A DNA stretch of 64,000 bases from Podarcis filfolensis (lineage: Eukaryota). Below, piece by piece: positions 11,151 to 24,344 of the stretch. Location of the stretch: assembly GCA_964270895.1 (NCBI GenBank), contig OZ185453.1. One strand, given 5' to 3'. Every line of letters begins with the position of its first letter. Within the stretch, counting starts at the first letter, position 1. Made by a program: the position numbers and the translations under genes. The notes under the pieces were generated by a model. It was not told the DNA's origin, did no database searches, and saw only the letters and a program-made list of their open reading frames with translations.

Positions 11151-14100
11151 ACTTGTTTAACAACTGTACACTGGTTTTGTAGCCTTGGAAGCATTATTAT
11201 TTGAATGGGGAAGGGGAGGGTGCTTTGAACACCTGACCATATTACCTTGTCTTTACACACATTCATACTAAAACCTCTACCATGGCAAGATGGTAGATAC
11301 AGGGTAAGATTCATAGGTGGGGGGAGAATTAATATTTGGTGATTGGAGGAGTTTACACTCTCACGGGGGGGGGGGGGGGGGAAATATCATCGGCAGTTTC
11401 ATAAACAGTAATTTTGGTAACCAGTCAACATCTAGGTCAGGACAGTCAAGTTGCTATTGAAAAATGGGCAAGGGTAGGGGGGAGAGAGACAACGCGAAAA
11501 CTACATAACGCACAGTAACCGATATGTTTAAAACATGCTTAGGATCTTAAAGTTGCAGTTGCACAAACCCAAACCGTTTCAAATAGACAGCCAAAAGTGC
11601 CTATTGGAGTTTTTACTTTAATCTCACATTCCTCTACGACTCCAGCTAGTGGTCTGACATATTTTAGTAGGCAAAGGGAAAAAAGACACAAGATACAAAA
11701 AAGCCCCTGACCTCAAGCCATGTATGCTAAGAGCAGCAGCAAACACAAAACAAGAAGACTCCAAAAGCGACCACACCAGACCAACTACAAGGCAATTCCT
11801 TGCAAACCAGTTAACTCAAAAGTTTGTGCAAGAGAAGAAAAGGTAGGAGAGGATATTGATGTCTCATGATTAGGTATTGGAATAATGAAGGCAGCAGACA
11901 TCTCCCCCTCAAACTGCAAGGAGTTTGGAACTTAAATAGTACTTGTCTATCCAAGTATCCGGCAAGTCTTGCATTCAAATGTTGAACATTAAATTCCTAC
12001 TACCGGGTCCTACACATCTGCCTAATTCAATCCTAAGCCAACAGCAACCCAGCTTCTCGATGCCAGAGATCCCCACATCCAAGTGGGCAATGGTGAGTGA
12101 CATACAGGCCTCATCATCCTTGACATTCGATCTGAGCCTGCAAGGGAACCCAGGATCCAAACTGGACCTCAATCTTCCCCCTCCCCTTGCGCACACATTC
12201 CTTACTCAAGTTGGGGAGAGAACTTTTGCCACCACACCTATCTTGGAGGCAGCTTGGGAGAGCTGCACATTTTCACTGAACTGCTCTGCTACTTTGGAAC
12301 TGATCAATTAGTTTATTTCCACCTAAACTACGTCCTTGAATCATCAAATTCAGAGCACAACCAACATTCGGGGGGGGGGGGGGGGAAGACTACATTTAGA
12401 AGTTGCTGGTGCTCAGCAAAAGTCTTGGATCAAATAACTTGTCCTCAATTTAATCCCCCTCTGCATGCTCACAACAGAGAGAGAGAGGCTTTGGTTCTGC
12501 AGAATACAGTCTTCCTCTCTGTTTAAGCAGGCGACACCAGGGCTAAAAGTGTAAGGCTGTGCTAGAAAAGGCCTGCTAATCAAACCATACAGCGCTTAGT
12601 AAGAGTTTCTTTTTTCACTTGACTGTGTAGACAATTCCTATGGCTTAAAAGCAGAGACCAGCAGCTGCACGCCTTGAGGCCAAGTCTGTCCCCTTGAGCA
12701 GTCCCAGGATGAAGGCCAGCTGTCAACCGAGAGGCATGCAGAGTGGATGTGATAGCCCTGCCAATGGGACTCGCTGGCATTTTGGAAGCACAGGGATTGA
12801 GAGCTGGCCTGCCAATTTCTATTCCATCCTCAAAGCAGCCCTCCTATAAAAATGGTTGCTGACCAGAGGCTTGGAAGGATCATTCACCATCCCGCAGGAC
12901 GGCTAATGTAACAGTAAGATACTAATGCAGCCACAAAGCAATCTTTCCTCGGGCTGCCGCATTTCCTAGGTCTGCTTCAATGCAAAACAGAATCCAGAGC
13001 AGCACAAGCGTGTGCTTAAAAGAGTATAACCTTTTTCTTTTTTTAAAAAAAGCAGCTTTAAAAATAGTTTAAAGGCAGCACAAAGCATTCCAAGTTACAC
13101 TGTCAACATAATGTACATGTATCGCATGGATGATAGCAATAATTCATAACGTAAAGAAATACATTAGTGCAATCTGAAAGGAAGTTAACGCGGGGATGAG
13201 GAAGAGAGAACATAAGATAAATACAGACAACCCTAAATGTAATCCAGAAAGGCCATGTCACATATAATACTGAAACCAAGGAAGAGTATGCTTCTTTGAT
13301 ATTTGTGATCTCCACTGATGTTCCTTTCTGGAGCTGCTTGTACACATCTGCACAGATGGGAAAAGAAGCCTTTAAAAGGAAATGTACAAGTCCGCAGTGG
13401 GCGAGGGGGGAAAGCAAGAAAGGATATATACACATTAAGACAGGATGCAACATCAATAAATAAAATATTGCATATATGTCAAGCCTCGGAGTTTCAAATA
13501 AAAAACCTGGAAGAGGTCAGGCACCACTTCCTATCTGCTTTCTCCAAGGAAACGTCTTTCTGGACTTTGCTGGTATTAAAAAAAAAAGTATATATATATA
13601 TATAATATCTATATGTATGTATATAGTATTGAACAACATGGCTCCTTTAGTGCACTTTTAAAATAATAGCAGTAAACAAAGGTGCATTTATAAAATACAT
13701 TTAAGATTAAATGGTAGCTTAGTAAATGGAAGAAGTTGCAAGAGACTTGCATGTTAATACTGTTAATAGGAAGAATTAAGTAGCAGCGGCAATGGATGTT
13801 AGCATTCTAAGTGCTACAGGAGCTCAACAACCTACCCAACACCCATTTTTAGAACTTATGAATACTGTATCAAGTTTCACTCTCTTGGTGGCTGAGAAGA
13901 ATTGGGGGATTTATAATGTTGGATGGGAAAGTGGTAAAATTGTACGCACACATGGAGATAAGCATCTTTGCAAGCAAATTTTTGCTTTGGAGAAAAAGGT
14001 GCCAAGACCTTTAAAATGAGAGGTTTTGCTTATGTTGACTGAACATGAGATAAAAAGAGAGATGGCGTAGACCAAAGAGCCCTTGTTTGATAAACAGTGC

Positions 14101-14739
14101 AGCAGGTTAAGCAGCCACATATCATCGCATATATCCAAAATAAAAAGGGAGGCGTAGAAGCAGCAAATATTTAATTGCTGTCAAAATGTATTCTTTTAAA
14201 AGACATAAAAAACGATGACTACCCTGTTTAGAGACATTTCAAGAAGTTTAGCAAATATGTATAGTTTATGGACTTACACACTGCAACTTTGCTATGACAA
14301 GGAAATGGTTCATAAAACATAAGCTACAGTATTAAGCGTTGAAAGCTCATTTGCTAATAAATCCACATAAGATTTTACCAGCTGACTACCTATGTACCCC
14401 TATATTAGATAGGATGTCAATGTGCTGAAAAAAAGAAAGAAAATAAATTGCTCTTGCAATTTAAAACTTTCCTGACTGGTTGACTGGAGGAGATCCTGAC
14501 CATATGCTCCCCCCCCCCCAAAAAAAAACCATTGTTGAGAGCATGTAGAAGTTGGTTTTTAATATACTAAAAGATATTTTGTACATCTTAAAAACTCAGA
14601 ATTGCTTCCAATGCAGAAACGTCAAGGCTTCTCTGACATGGGGGTCGACGTCTTTTCTCCTAACTCTGGCTGGGGTTCTATCCACGTAGTTTTATAAAAA
14701 ATTCAACCCAAACTGACAGTGTTTTGAAAAGAGCAATCA

Positions 14740-14850
14740 GTGTCAGTCTGCTGGCAGTAAACACAACTAAGTGTCTTGTAGCACCTTAAATATTAAGAGA
14801 TATATTACGGCATAAGCTTTCGTAGATGAGTGTCCATTTCAGATGATGCT
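14740..14850. mobile_element. Degenerate Penelope-like retroelement remnant
   Basis: gtagcaccttaaatattaagagatatattacggcataagctttcgtagatgagtgtccatttcagatg resembles reptile Penelope terminal sequence as recalled. Confidence 0.45.
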
Positions 14851-17744
14851 TTTTTTTTTTTATTGGTTCAGCCTGAACCATTCTCCAACCCAGACTTCCA
14901 GCATCCAACACAGAACTAGTATGGGAGGATAGTTCTAGTCTGTCTTCAAGCCACAAACACATCTTCAGACTTCCCCTGTATGTGGAAGTGGACTGGGGCT
15001 ATTGTGTTAAGTGACCTGTAACCTGAAGTTCATTACAGGATACAGGCAGGTTCAAATGTGTATCAGTCTGAAAATGAGCACTCCCATTCAGGAATAATGT
15101 CCCTTTCTTTTTTCTCTAAAAAAGGTGTCCCAGGGATGAGTTCCACATTCACCTGTCTCTTTGCAAGGTGGAGGTGCAGCTCCTGATCCTGCTTGCATGC
15201 AGTGATTCACACAAAGAACTTTGTCAGACATTACCCTATGGGTGGGGTGTGTGCACACAGCTAACCCAAATTATGTCCCTCCAGTGCCATCTATTTTAAT
15301 GGCTAGGAGACTGAAGGTTTTTCTCTCTTTAAATCTCCCAGTTAAGACTTACTAGGTGACACTGTCAGAAATCCCGCATATCTGATCTGTTTGCAAGCCA
15401 TAAAAATAATCTGATACACCTTTCAGAGGGTCCCTTCAGTTTCCAGTATTCAACTGCAACTGAATATTGTAACTGATGAAAGACCTAATTCGACAGGAAG
15501 AACGTAAGAGACAGATAAAATCTACCAATGTCCTAAATTTGGAGAAAAATACAAACATGAAAAGGAAATTTTTGGAATACAAGAGGGAACATTGCCTAAT
15601 TTTTAAGTTAAAAATCATACAAGCAAAAGCTACAACCCACACAGCTGTAGGGTGTGTTTTTTCTTGCATCAAGCCAACATCTTACAGCAGCCCCCTCCGC
15701 CTCCCTAGCCTTCACTGCCTGAAGACAACTTAGTTGGAGGGATACATTTAAATACAAGCCTGGTAATGCCCACACAACTTGCTGCTAAATGTTTCTTTTA
15801 GAAAAATATGAACTCCATTCCATTTGCCTAGCCCAAATTTTATCCATCGTTAGAACACATCTCGAATAAGGAAGTACAAGCCAACATTACTGCTGCTCTA
15901 TCCGAGGAAAATTCAGTGAACATGTTTATAAAAAATTAACAGACTTGCTTGGTTTATGAATTGTTTCCATTCCACCCAATATAAATATTTTAGAAACAAG
16001 CCTTTTATTTCTGTCTCTGCCACAAAATCTGCATACAGCAGCAAGACACAATGACCTTGATATATAGAAAGTCAGTTGCACTTAACTCCTCTAGAAATTA
16101 GAGACACTTAATTTAACCACAACTGTCTTTATTCATTTCAAAAGGAATTAAGTGCAACTGTCGTTCTGGGAATTTCGTCCTTGACTGTTGCTTTCCTTGG
16201 TTTTTAATGATCAACAAGAATGTATATTCGGTTCTCAATGCATCAAAGTAAAATTTAATTGTGTTTTTAATGAAGGGTTCTTGACATTTCAGAATACTGA
16301 TAATAAGCCTGCCTCCCACTTCAATGCAAACAAGAAATATGGCAGCCAAAGTGGAGAAAGAAGTTGTTTTTGCTTTCATGCTAGATGAAAAACGAAACAA
16401 AAATATGCTGTGGAAGACAGGCAAAACCCCAGCGCCAGCTAAGAGAGAAAGGAAAGCAAGAACGGAAATCAAAAGCAGAAAAAGAAAAAGATGCGGGTTG
16501 AATTGTAAAATTAAAGTTGTCTTCAAGTTTCTTTCAGGCACAGAACAAACAGGAATAGTTCTGTAAGATGCACAACAGCCTGTGGAAAAGAAAAAACACT
16601 CTCCTGCCACTCCCAACAGAATAAGAAGTTTTTGCCTACAGAAGCATTCAGCTGGCAAAATTAAGACTCCTGGAGATGTTATCTGACCCGGAATAGCAAG
16701 TGTAATAATATGCATTACTCTAAAACTGGTTAACTCAATACTAATCACTGCTCTTTTGCTTCCAGTACACTACTTGCCACCAGCAAAAAAAGACAGGATG
16801 CCAATCTAACACGTTTGCTTGTAAGTGCAATTGAAAACTATGCATAGATACCTCCCATATTTTGTCTCCAGCTTCAAATGCACCATTGCAGAAAAAGGCA
16901 GATTACCAAGTGAATGATCCTGTGAATGATTTTTTTATTTACTTTTATGCCTACTGAGGGAAATACCTGACTTCCTTCACCTAACATTGAAACCATACTA
17001 CAAAGGGCTAACAACCACACCCTGCCTTTTAATTACTATTCTACACATTACTGAACTTTAAGAACTCCTTTTATGTACTAGGGTGGTGCTGAATAAAGGC
17101 AATATTCCTTTTTAAAAATTAAGATGTGCTGTGCATTCTCGCACAAAATGAGGATGAGAAGAAAAACATTTTATACTGAAAATGTGACCATAAAAACCAG
17201 GTGGACTTCCAAGTTAAAGCCATCTCTGATTCCTTTCCCCTCCTCGAAAGGAAAAGGTCACTATGATCTACATTTGGAAGGATACACAACAAAAGCTGTT
17301 CTCTGCTGAACGTTAGACACACTGAATTTTTATTTTAAGGTGAAGTTTTCCAACAAAACCTCTAAACTACTTCCATGGCGGATCCATATGGAACTACTCG
17401 TCTTGAGCAACCCCAAACTTCTCACACATTAATTTGAAAAGGGTGCAAGTGGCTCAACATCTAGAACGCAATACTTGGAAGGATCAGAATCTGAAGGGGA
17501 ATTGCTAGCCTTCCTTCATGACAAAGACCCATTAACAGTACAGGCATGTATGGAGATTTGGCACAAAAGGACAGCGAGTTTTCATGTCAGAATCACCAAG
17601 CCTGAAGGCAATGGTACCATCTGTAAGGCAATGAATGGACTCTCCCTCCTTATTGACCTATTAAAAATAGTCCTCAGTGGTAGATGACAATTTGAGCACA
17701 GCATCCACCAAAGACATCCAATCAAAATCAACCCTGATACACCA

Positions 17745-17860
17745 GGGGTGGGGAAGTTTTGGAACTACAATTTCCATCATGCCTGATCATGTTGCCTGGG
17801 ACTCAGAGGAGTTTGAGTCAAATGATATCTGGGGGACCAGGAGGGCACTGTTCTACACAG
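17745..17860. mobile_element. Degenerate short palindromic hAT-like MITE (same family as 42462-42589)
   Basis: caggggtggggaag...ggaactacaatttccatcatg...atctgggggacc; similar to other copies in the window. Confidence 0.5.
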
Positions 17861-18812
17861 TTCACTGCTTCATAAAATTTCTCCATGATGGTTTAACCAT
17901 GTAGAATACTAGGCATCTGTAGGATCAAGGCACACAGTAAGTAGAATACTACTATGGTCCCATCTCCTAGGATTTCCAAGCAGGTGGAGAACTGCGATAA
18001 CATGGCAATGAAAAGGATGGGTGCTCCACTTGGTTAGAGTGCAGAGAGGGAAGCTTTAAAGCAATTGGCCATGCAATGAATGGTTGCCATATTCCACTGT
18101 GACTGAACTAAACAAGAATGGAACAGGAACATCAAATCATTTTTAACCTTAGTGATGCTAAAAGGAAAAAAAAGAACATGGGCAAATAAGGACAAAAATC
18201 AGCTTGCCTCTCCAAATTAAAGCCAAGAGAAGGATAAATAGAAGGACATGAACACACGCGATCAGGTACTTGCAGCCAGGTTACAGCTTCTGCCAGCATC
18301 TGACTATTGCTGCTAACACATTTCATAACAATTCTATGCAACACCATTGCAAATTCCATCACATAATTTAAACAGATCAGACTGGATTGAGAAAGAAAAG
18401 GTAATTCCCTTTATACAATGGTAGCCTTGGAAAGGATGGCAACATCATTTGCCAATGGGACATTTTCGGTTTGCTACTTAGCCATCATCAGCTTTCAGGT
18501 GAGACAGGACAATTCCATATAAACAAGGGGAAGAGAGGGGGAGATTCCATTATTACATTCCACTAGGTGTTTTCCAACATTTTGGCACATCAAAAGACAA
18601 AGGGAAGGCTCCAGAAAGTAAGACTAAAAACATTGAGAAAGTGTTTTCTTAAAAAAGAAAAAAACAACCACCTTCCTGAAATGGTTAACAGCAACCGCAA
18701 GGAACAAAGATACAGAAAGGATGCTGGCTAAAGTTTCCTGAAATGCTGTCACTCGTAACAGAAGTAGGCCTTGATCCCAGGATGGCTTCCATTCAAAAGG
18801 CAGGGCCTTCTT

Positions 18813-18953
18813 CTACCTTGCTGTCGCTGGCTGGACATGGCCAGGATAGGCTCTTCTTGTGCTGGTGGCTTGCCTCTGTCTAGCCAGGAAGGACTGTCCT
18901 GAACCTGTGGTAGCAAGTCTGTCTTCTGCTGCTTTTTTATGAAGAGCCATACC
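18813..18953 (-). CDS. HOOK3: HOOK3 exon 22 (terminal coding exon)
   Basis: tttctag|GGT; GMALHKKAAEDRLATTGSGQSFLARQRQATSTRRAYPGHVQPATAR*, TAG at 18815-18813. Confidence 0.96.
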   Translation of the reverse strand, partial: GMALHKKAAEDRLATTGSGQSFLARQRQATSTRRAYPGHVQPATAR

Positions 18954-18976
18954 CTAGAAAGACAAAAGGCAGGTAG

Positions 18977-19580
18977 ATATAAAAGCAGCCTTGCTGGATA
19001 ATATCAAAGGCCCCTCCTGTCCAGTACAGTGGTACCTCGGGTTAAGTACTTAATTCATTATGGAGGTCCGTTCTTAACCTGAAACTGTTCTTAACCCGAA
19101 GCACCACTTTAGCCTATGGGGCCTCCTGCTGCCGCCGGGCTGCTGGAGCACGATTTCTGTTCTCATCCTGAAGCAAAGTTCTTAACCTGAGGTACTATTT
19201 CTGGGTTAGCAGAGTCTGTAACCTGAAGAGTATATAACCCGAGGTACCAGCCAGATGCCCATGGGAAGCCCACTATGAGGACATGAGTGTAACAGCAAAC
19301 TCCCATTCATGCTCCTCATCAACCAGTACTCAGGGAGACAGCGCTTCTGATACTGGAACTAATGCAACTAACATGACTGGTAGTTATTGATAGCTTTATC
19401 CTTCATGAATTTGTCGAATCCCCTTTTAAAGGTGTCCATGTTGGTGGCCATCACTATAAATTGTGGTAGCAAGTTCCATAATCGAACCATGTGCTGTGCA
19501 AAGCAGTAATTCCTTGGTCTGTCCGGGTTCTGCCATGGATCAGCTTCATCGATAACCCTGGGTTCCAATATTATGAAAGA
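18977..19580 (-). mobile_element. CR1 LINE 3' end, interrupted by a MITE
   Basis: Degenerate squamate CR1 3'UTR/ORF2 end (RPRNYCFAQHMVRLWNLLPQFIVMATNMDTFKRGFDKFM on the - strand). Confidence 0.8.
19027..19249. mobile_element. Tc1/mariner (Tigger-like) MITE
   Basis: ta|CAGTGGTACCTCGGGTTA ... TAACCCGAGGTACCA; right TIR lacks its last bases. Confidence 0.8.
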
Positions 19581-20941
19581 GGTAGTAACTAAAACATGCA
19601 TTAAGTTTGCTCTACTACGGTGCGTTGGCTGCTCTGGACTGTCCCTTTCCCAAACAGAGCCACCCAGATTTGGGGCAGGGAGCCAAGAGTCTATAGTAAA
19701 ACCCAAATGTTCATCATCAAATTTAGCATTTCCATTGCACGTTTTGAGAGTTCTGGCTAAAGCTAAGAGAGAGTAGTTTGCTTAAGGCCATCTAATAAAT
19801 TCATGGCAGGCATGAGATGAACTTGGCAACTTCCCAGGTGACAATCTTAGCCACACTGCACCAGCATGCATGACCTCTATCAATTCTCCAGCGGCAGTAG
19901 TGAACAACTAAACTTCAGAGGTATGGCAACTATAGTGGCATGTCTGTGACGAGGTTGCTTCCTGTGTACAGGTGCAAAGCTTCCACAGATGAGCTGACGC
20001 TTGCTGACCAACCCCTACGTATGGGTAACTCCTGGAGGAAGACGAAAACATGCCAATAGACCCAGCTTTAAGGTTATCAAAACCTTTCCTTTCACACTGC
20101 TTGATGGATGGATGGATCATGATTCTTGAATTATGGAGGCTAAGACAGTAGGAACCTGCCACCCTTTATTTCCACGATAGCTTTCTGATTAGGGTAGGAA
20201 TACTTGCAAGCCTCACTTCCTGGCCTGTAGGCTCATAGCTGACATACTTTCAGGTGCATCTTCAGAGCCAAGAAATATAGAAAAAAAGCTCTTTTAAAAA
20301 AATGAAAGCCGAGATTCTCAGGAAGCTAGATTATGTACCCTGCTGTTTCAGGCAAAATCAGCCAGCCATTTAGAAGGGTTTTTTAACTATGTTTGACAAT
20401 TATAACGAGACAGCTGAAAGAAATAGGCCTGGATACAGAAGCCACAGAAGGATGAGTCATGTTACGGAAAGAATTTTAAAAATTCCTCTAGCTTACACCT
20501 GCAACTGATCTACTAATCAGAAGGAGGGGTGAAAAGTAGTATTTAGGTGCATTTTAAAAATCAAATATGGGTTCAAAAAAAACCTGAAAGAAGGTAGGCT
20601 TTTCGTGTGAAAAGTGACTTTAGCCACAGTAGACTAACTCATGTACCTCCATTATGGAGTTTCCAGGAACGTTTGGGGCTTAGGACCAATGCTGTGCTCT
20701 CCCACCCCTCTCCCACCTATTTCCTGCAGCATCACAGCATACACACTTCCTCCTGAAGCCTGGAGCAGAGATCCTGAAGCAGCAAAGAGTAAAAACATAC
20801 CACAAACTACAAATCTCTATGGTAATCAAATTGACGCCCCTGCACTCAACACTCTCAAGTTTGAGAGTCATCCTTGTTCAGGAAAACCTATTACAAACAC
20901 AAGTCATATCTGAGTGTTTACTTTCACTTTGGACTACTTAC

Positions 20942-21013
20942 CATATTGTACCAGGCACTGACAAGGTATTTCTCCTCCATATCTCTTTGAGTTTTCGTTT
21001 TCTCGTATTCTTT
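20942..21013 (-). CDS. HOOK3: HOOK3 exon 21
   Basis: 72 nt KEYEKTKTQRDMEEKYLVSAWYNM; ag/gtaagt boundaries. Confidence 0.96.
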
Positions 21014-21215
21014 CTAGTTAAGAAAAGCATTATCAAGAGTTTTTGATTATTTGGCATTTGTGCTAAAGGTATTTATGCAGCATTGCAGGTCCAAGTGCAT
21101 GAATTTTACTCCCCATTAGTTGTAGCAGCATGTGCTGCAGGCCACAGACACCCAGCTCCTCTCGTCATTAGAGCCATAATAAAAGAGCATTTTCAATTAG
21201 TGGCCACATGGTGCA

Positions 21216-21519
21216 ACAGGGTGAGCTCCCGTTACTCTGTCCCAGCTCCTGCCTACCTAGCAGTTCGAAAGCATGCCAGTGCAAGTAAAAAAACAGGTAC
21301 CACTGTGGCGGGAAGGTAAACACCGTTTCCATGTGCTCTGGTTTCCGTCACGGTGTCCCGTTGCACCAGAAGCGGTTTAGTCATGCTGGACACATGACCC
21401 AGAAAGCTGTCTGTGGACAAACTCTGGCTCCCTCGGCCTGAAAGCGGGATGAGCACCGCAACCCCATAGTCGCCTTTGACCGGACTTAACCATCCAGGGG
21501 TCCTTTACCTTTTACCTTT
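21216..21519 (+). mobile_element. Sauria-type SINE (tRNA head missing)
   Basis: Body ggtgagctcccg...ctagcagttcgaaagc...gggaaggtaaac...; tail cctttaccttttacctt; TSD acatggtgca at 21206-21215 and 21520-21529. Confidence 0.88.
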
Positions 21520-22117
21520 ACATGGTGCACGGCTGCCTGTTTTGACATTCAGGCTGCTCCTTCAAATCAGGAGCCCAGGATGAAAACTTAAGCTAACAGT
21601 GAACATTCAGGAGCACAATATAACTGCCAACAGTGCAGCAATTCTATGCACAAGGATAGAGCAATCCTAACTTGGGGCCAGGAAAGAGTGACGTGGCAGA
21701 TCTCCTGCTGCATCTGGAGCTCTGGCACTCACACCAACCAGGGCAAAAGGTTTGTGAGTGGAGGTGGGTGTGTGAGGAAGCAGTTTCTTGTAATTGTTCA
21801 TTATGCCAGATCCAGAGCTACAGGCATTAAACCCTGGGTTTTTTGGCACTCCAATTGCTACCACTGGAAGATCTGCTAGTGGTGGCTTTCTGCCTGCCTG
21901 GGCAAAGCTGGGACCTCTGACACAGAGGAGAAGTCTGACTGGCAATATTCCTCTCTGTGATGAAGGGGCAGCTGCTCACAATGCAAATCTCGCCCTTATC
22001 CATCAGCATCAGGGGAGGGACAGGATTGCTTTCTTGCCAGAGGATTAGCCAGCTGGAAAATCAGTGGAACTTGCTTCTGAGAAAACACACATAGAACTGA
22101 TCTGCAAGTTACTACTA

Positions 22118-22327
22118 CAGTGGAACCTCGGTTCTCGAACGTCTCCATTGACGAACGATTTGGAACCCAAACGGCGAAAACCTGGAAGTAATTGCTTCTG
22201 TTTTTGAATAGCTTCCGCTGCGTGTTTTTCCATTTTTTCAATGGTCCATTGATCCTCAGTTTTCGAACGTTTCGGAAGTGGAATGGTCTTCCGGAATGGA
22301 TTACATTCGAAAAGCGAGGTTCCATTG
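22118..22327. mobile_element. Tc1/mariner (Tigger-like) MITE
   Basis: ta|CAGTGGAACCTCG ... CGAGGTTCCATTG|ta; TA target duplication. Confidence 0.82.
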
Positions 22328-22614
22328 TACTGCTATTTATTACAGATGTCTTACCCACCCTTGGCAATAAAGTCTCAGGGTAGGATACAACCAAGTAAAA
22401 ATACAGTGGGGAAAATTCAATGCAGCCCCATGGCAATCGTTCCATCGGTGCAAGCTTTTCAGCTTCCGAAACAAGTCAATTTTGAAGGGCATAGTGGCAG
22501 GGGGAGAAGCCCCACTGCGCACGTACAGGCTTCCATTGGCGGGACTTGTTGGTTGAATCCTGCCCAAGGTTAAACTCAAGTTAAAACAATTTAGGCTAAC
22601 CCAGCCTAAGTTAC

Positions 22615-22719
22615 CTCTAAAGAATGGAACATCCTGTCACGTTCTTGCAGCTGATTCTTCAGTGCCTGAATCTCAGGTGCTGACCCTTGGTTCTGTTTGG
22701 GATCTAAAGTACGGATCAC
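22615..22719 (-). CDS. HOOK3: HOOK3 exon 20
   Basis: 105 nt VIRTLDPKQNQGSAPEIQALKNQLQERDRMFHSLE; cag/gtaac. Confidence 0.96.
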
Positions 22720-22825
22720 CTGCAAGGGGCAAGAACCATATAGCACAAAGTAAGAACGCAGGAAAATGCCTTCTCCTGGGTCACACTATTTCCCCATCTA
22801 TCCTAGCATTGTCTGTTGTCCTTGG

Positions 22826-22965
22826 AAGTGACTCTGCAGGGTTTCAAGACAGACAGGTGTCTTTCCCATCACCTACGTCCCAAATCCTTTAGGCTGAGAT
22901 GCTAGAGAACCTGGGAACCTTCCAAATGCAAAGTATGCATTCTACCAACTGCGCTATGGATCCTT
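22826..22965 (-). mobile_element. Old tRNA-Ala-like SINE fragment
   Basis: Degenerate match to the 62841-63037 copy (ttggtagaatgcatactttgcatttggaagg...). Confidence 0.55.
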
Positions 22966-23138
22966 AACAAGATACACAGAGCTGGCAGAGTTTAAAAAAA
23001 TAAAAAATCTTAAAACACAATCTAACTCATTCTTGGTATTGGCATATTGTTAATTCCTATTGATAATTTTGTGAGGCTACAGAGGGAGAACAAGTCTCAG
23101 CCCTCCAAGGAACGTGGTGGAGAACAGAAGATACTCAC

Positions 23139-23239
23139 ACTTTTAGCCTTTTCCAAGTATTTCTTGTATCTTTCCTCCATTTGCTTCATTTCTTCTTCTT
23201 TTTTACGCAAAGCTTCTTGCAACTCTTCTATTTTGAGAG
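23139..23239 (-). CDS. HOOK3: HOOK3 exon 19
   Basis: 101 nt (S)LKIEELQEALRKKEEEMKQMEERYKKYLEKAKS; aataaag/gtgagt. Confidence 0.95.
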
Positions 23240-23471
23240 CTTTATTGGGAGAAGATGTCACATTTCAGATATTGCTGACAGCTTATAGAAACACTTTTTA
23301 AAGTAAGTTTGAAAAGACAGATGTGTTTATGGGGCTATTAAGAATATTTGAAAATGGAAATCCAATCCCTTTGACAGGGAAGATTGCTGGCTTGTAAACA
23401 CCCTCCCCCAAGAACACCCCCCATTGCACATAAACATGATGTTCAAGTCAGACAGCTCTCTCTCTATATAC

Positions 23472-23473
<2 letters not shown>

Positions 23474-23513
<40 letters not shown>
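23474..23513. repeat. (AC)20 microsatellite
   Basis: Directly visible. Confidence 0.95.
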
Positions 23514-23515
<2 letters not shown>

Positions 23516-24344
23516 GGTGGGGAGGTTGAAACCCCTCCATCCAGCGTAACAATGGCGATGCAGAGGAAAACTTGGCAGCAGAGTACACCAAACCTTGTGT
23601 CTTCCTCTTCCTTTGGGTTTCATTTGTGTGGACGTTTTTTATTGCGAGTTCTTCAAGGAACATGAACCCATATGCAATTAAACTGCTGTTAGGGAGTTTA
23701 GTACACTATTTAAATGATGTTGTGCAAATGGATCTCCGAGGCTGGACAGGGTACTCAAAACTAAAATGTTGACAAGCCTAATTCTGGCATATGTATTGGG
23801 GATGTTCATGGCAAGGAGAATGCAGTGTTCTTTATTTATTTATACTCCCAGGGAGAGGTGTTTGTGGGATTTTTTGCCTCAAGTGCCAAAATGATATGGG
23901 CAATCTTACATACCATGATCCTTGACTCAATTTCTTTTGGGAGGTGGGGGAGTAAGGGGATATCATCTGCTGTTTTGCTAAGGCAGCAAAATGTCTTGGG
24001 ACAGCCTTGCAACCTGTTTTTTGTTTTTTTTTTAAAGATTACCTGTCTTCACATAGTGGTGGTATATAATACAAATGGAGGCTACCTATGCCAGACAATT
24101 CAATGCCATTTAGAGTGAGTGCCATTTAGAGTGAGTGCCAGTTACAAACATACAACACTGTGTGTTATCTAAATGAAGAAAAGAGCCAATTATCATGATT
24201 TAGCTGATTTAAAGGAAAACAACTAAATGCTGTGTTGTAAATAAACCAAATGCAGAGTCCTAAATTTATTTGTGTTTTGAAAGAAGTGTTTTTACGATTA
24301 TAACAATAAAATTCAGTTACGAGGCAAAATATAAAACTACTTAC

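Noticed and set aside
11365-11381. G17 homopolymer as a G-quadruplex element
   Set aside because: Homopolymer runs are unstable and error-prone in assembly; several similar runs occur without pattern
16113-16748. 211-aa ORF on - strand and overlapping Lys/Arg-rich 80-aa ORF on +
   Set aside because: No recognisable domain or splice context; composition reflects a purine-skewed stretch of probable HOOK3 3'UTR
24104-24140. 16-nt direct repeat tgccatttagagtgag x2 (similarly the ctatccttactaggaga duplication near 39980-40017)
   Set aside because: Simple local duplications; no spacer array, not CRISPR-like
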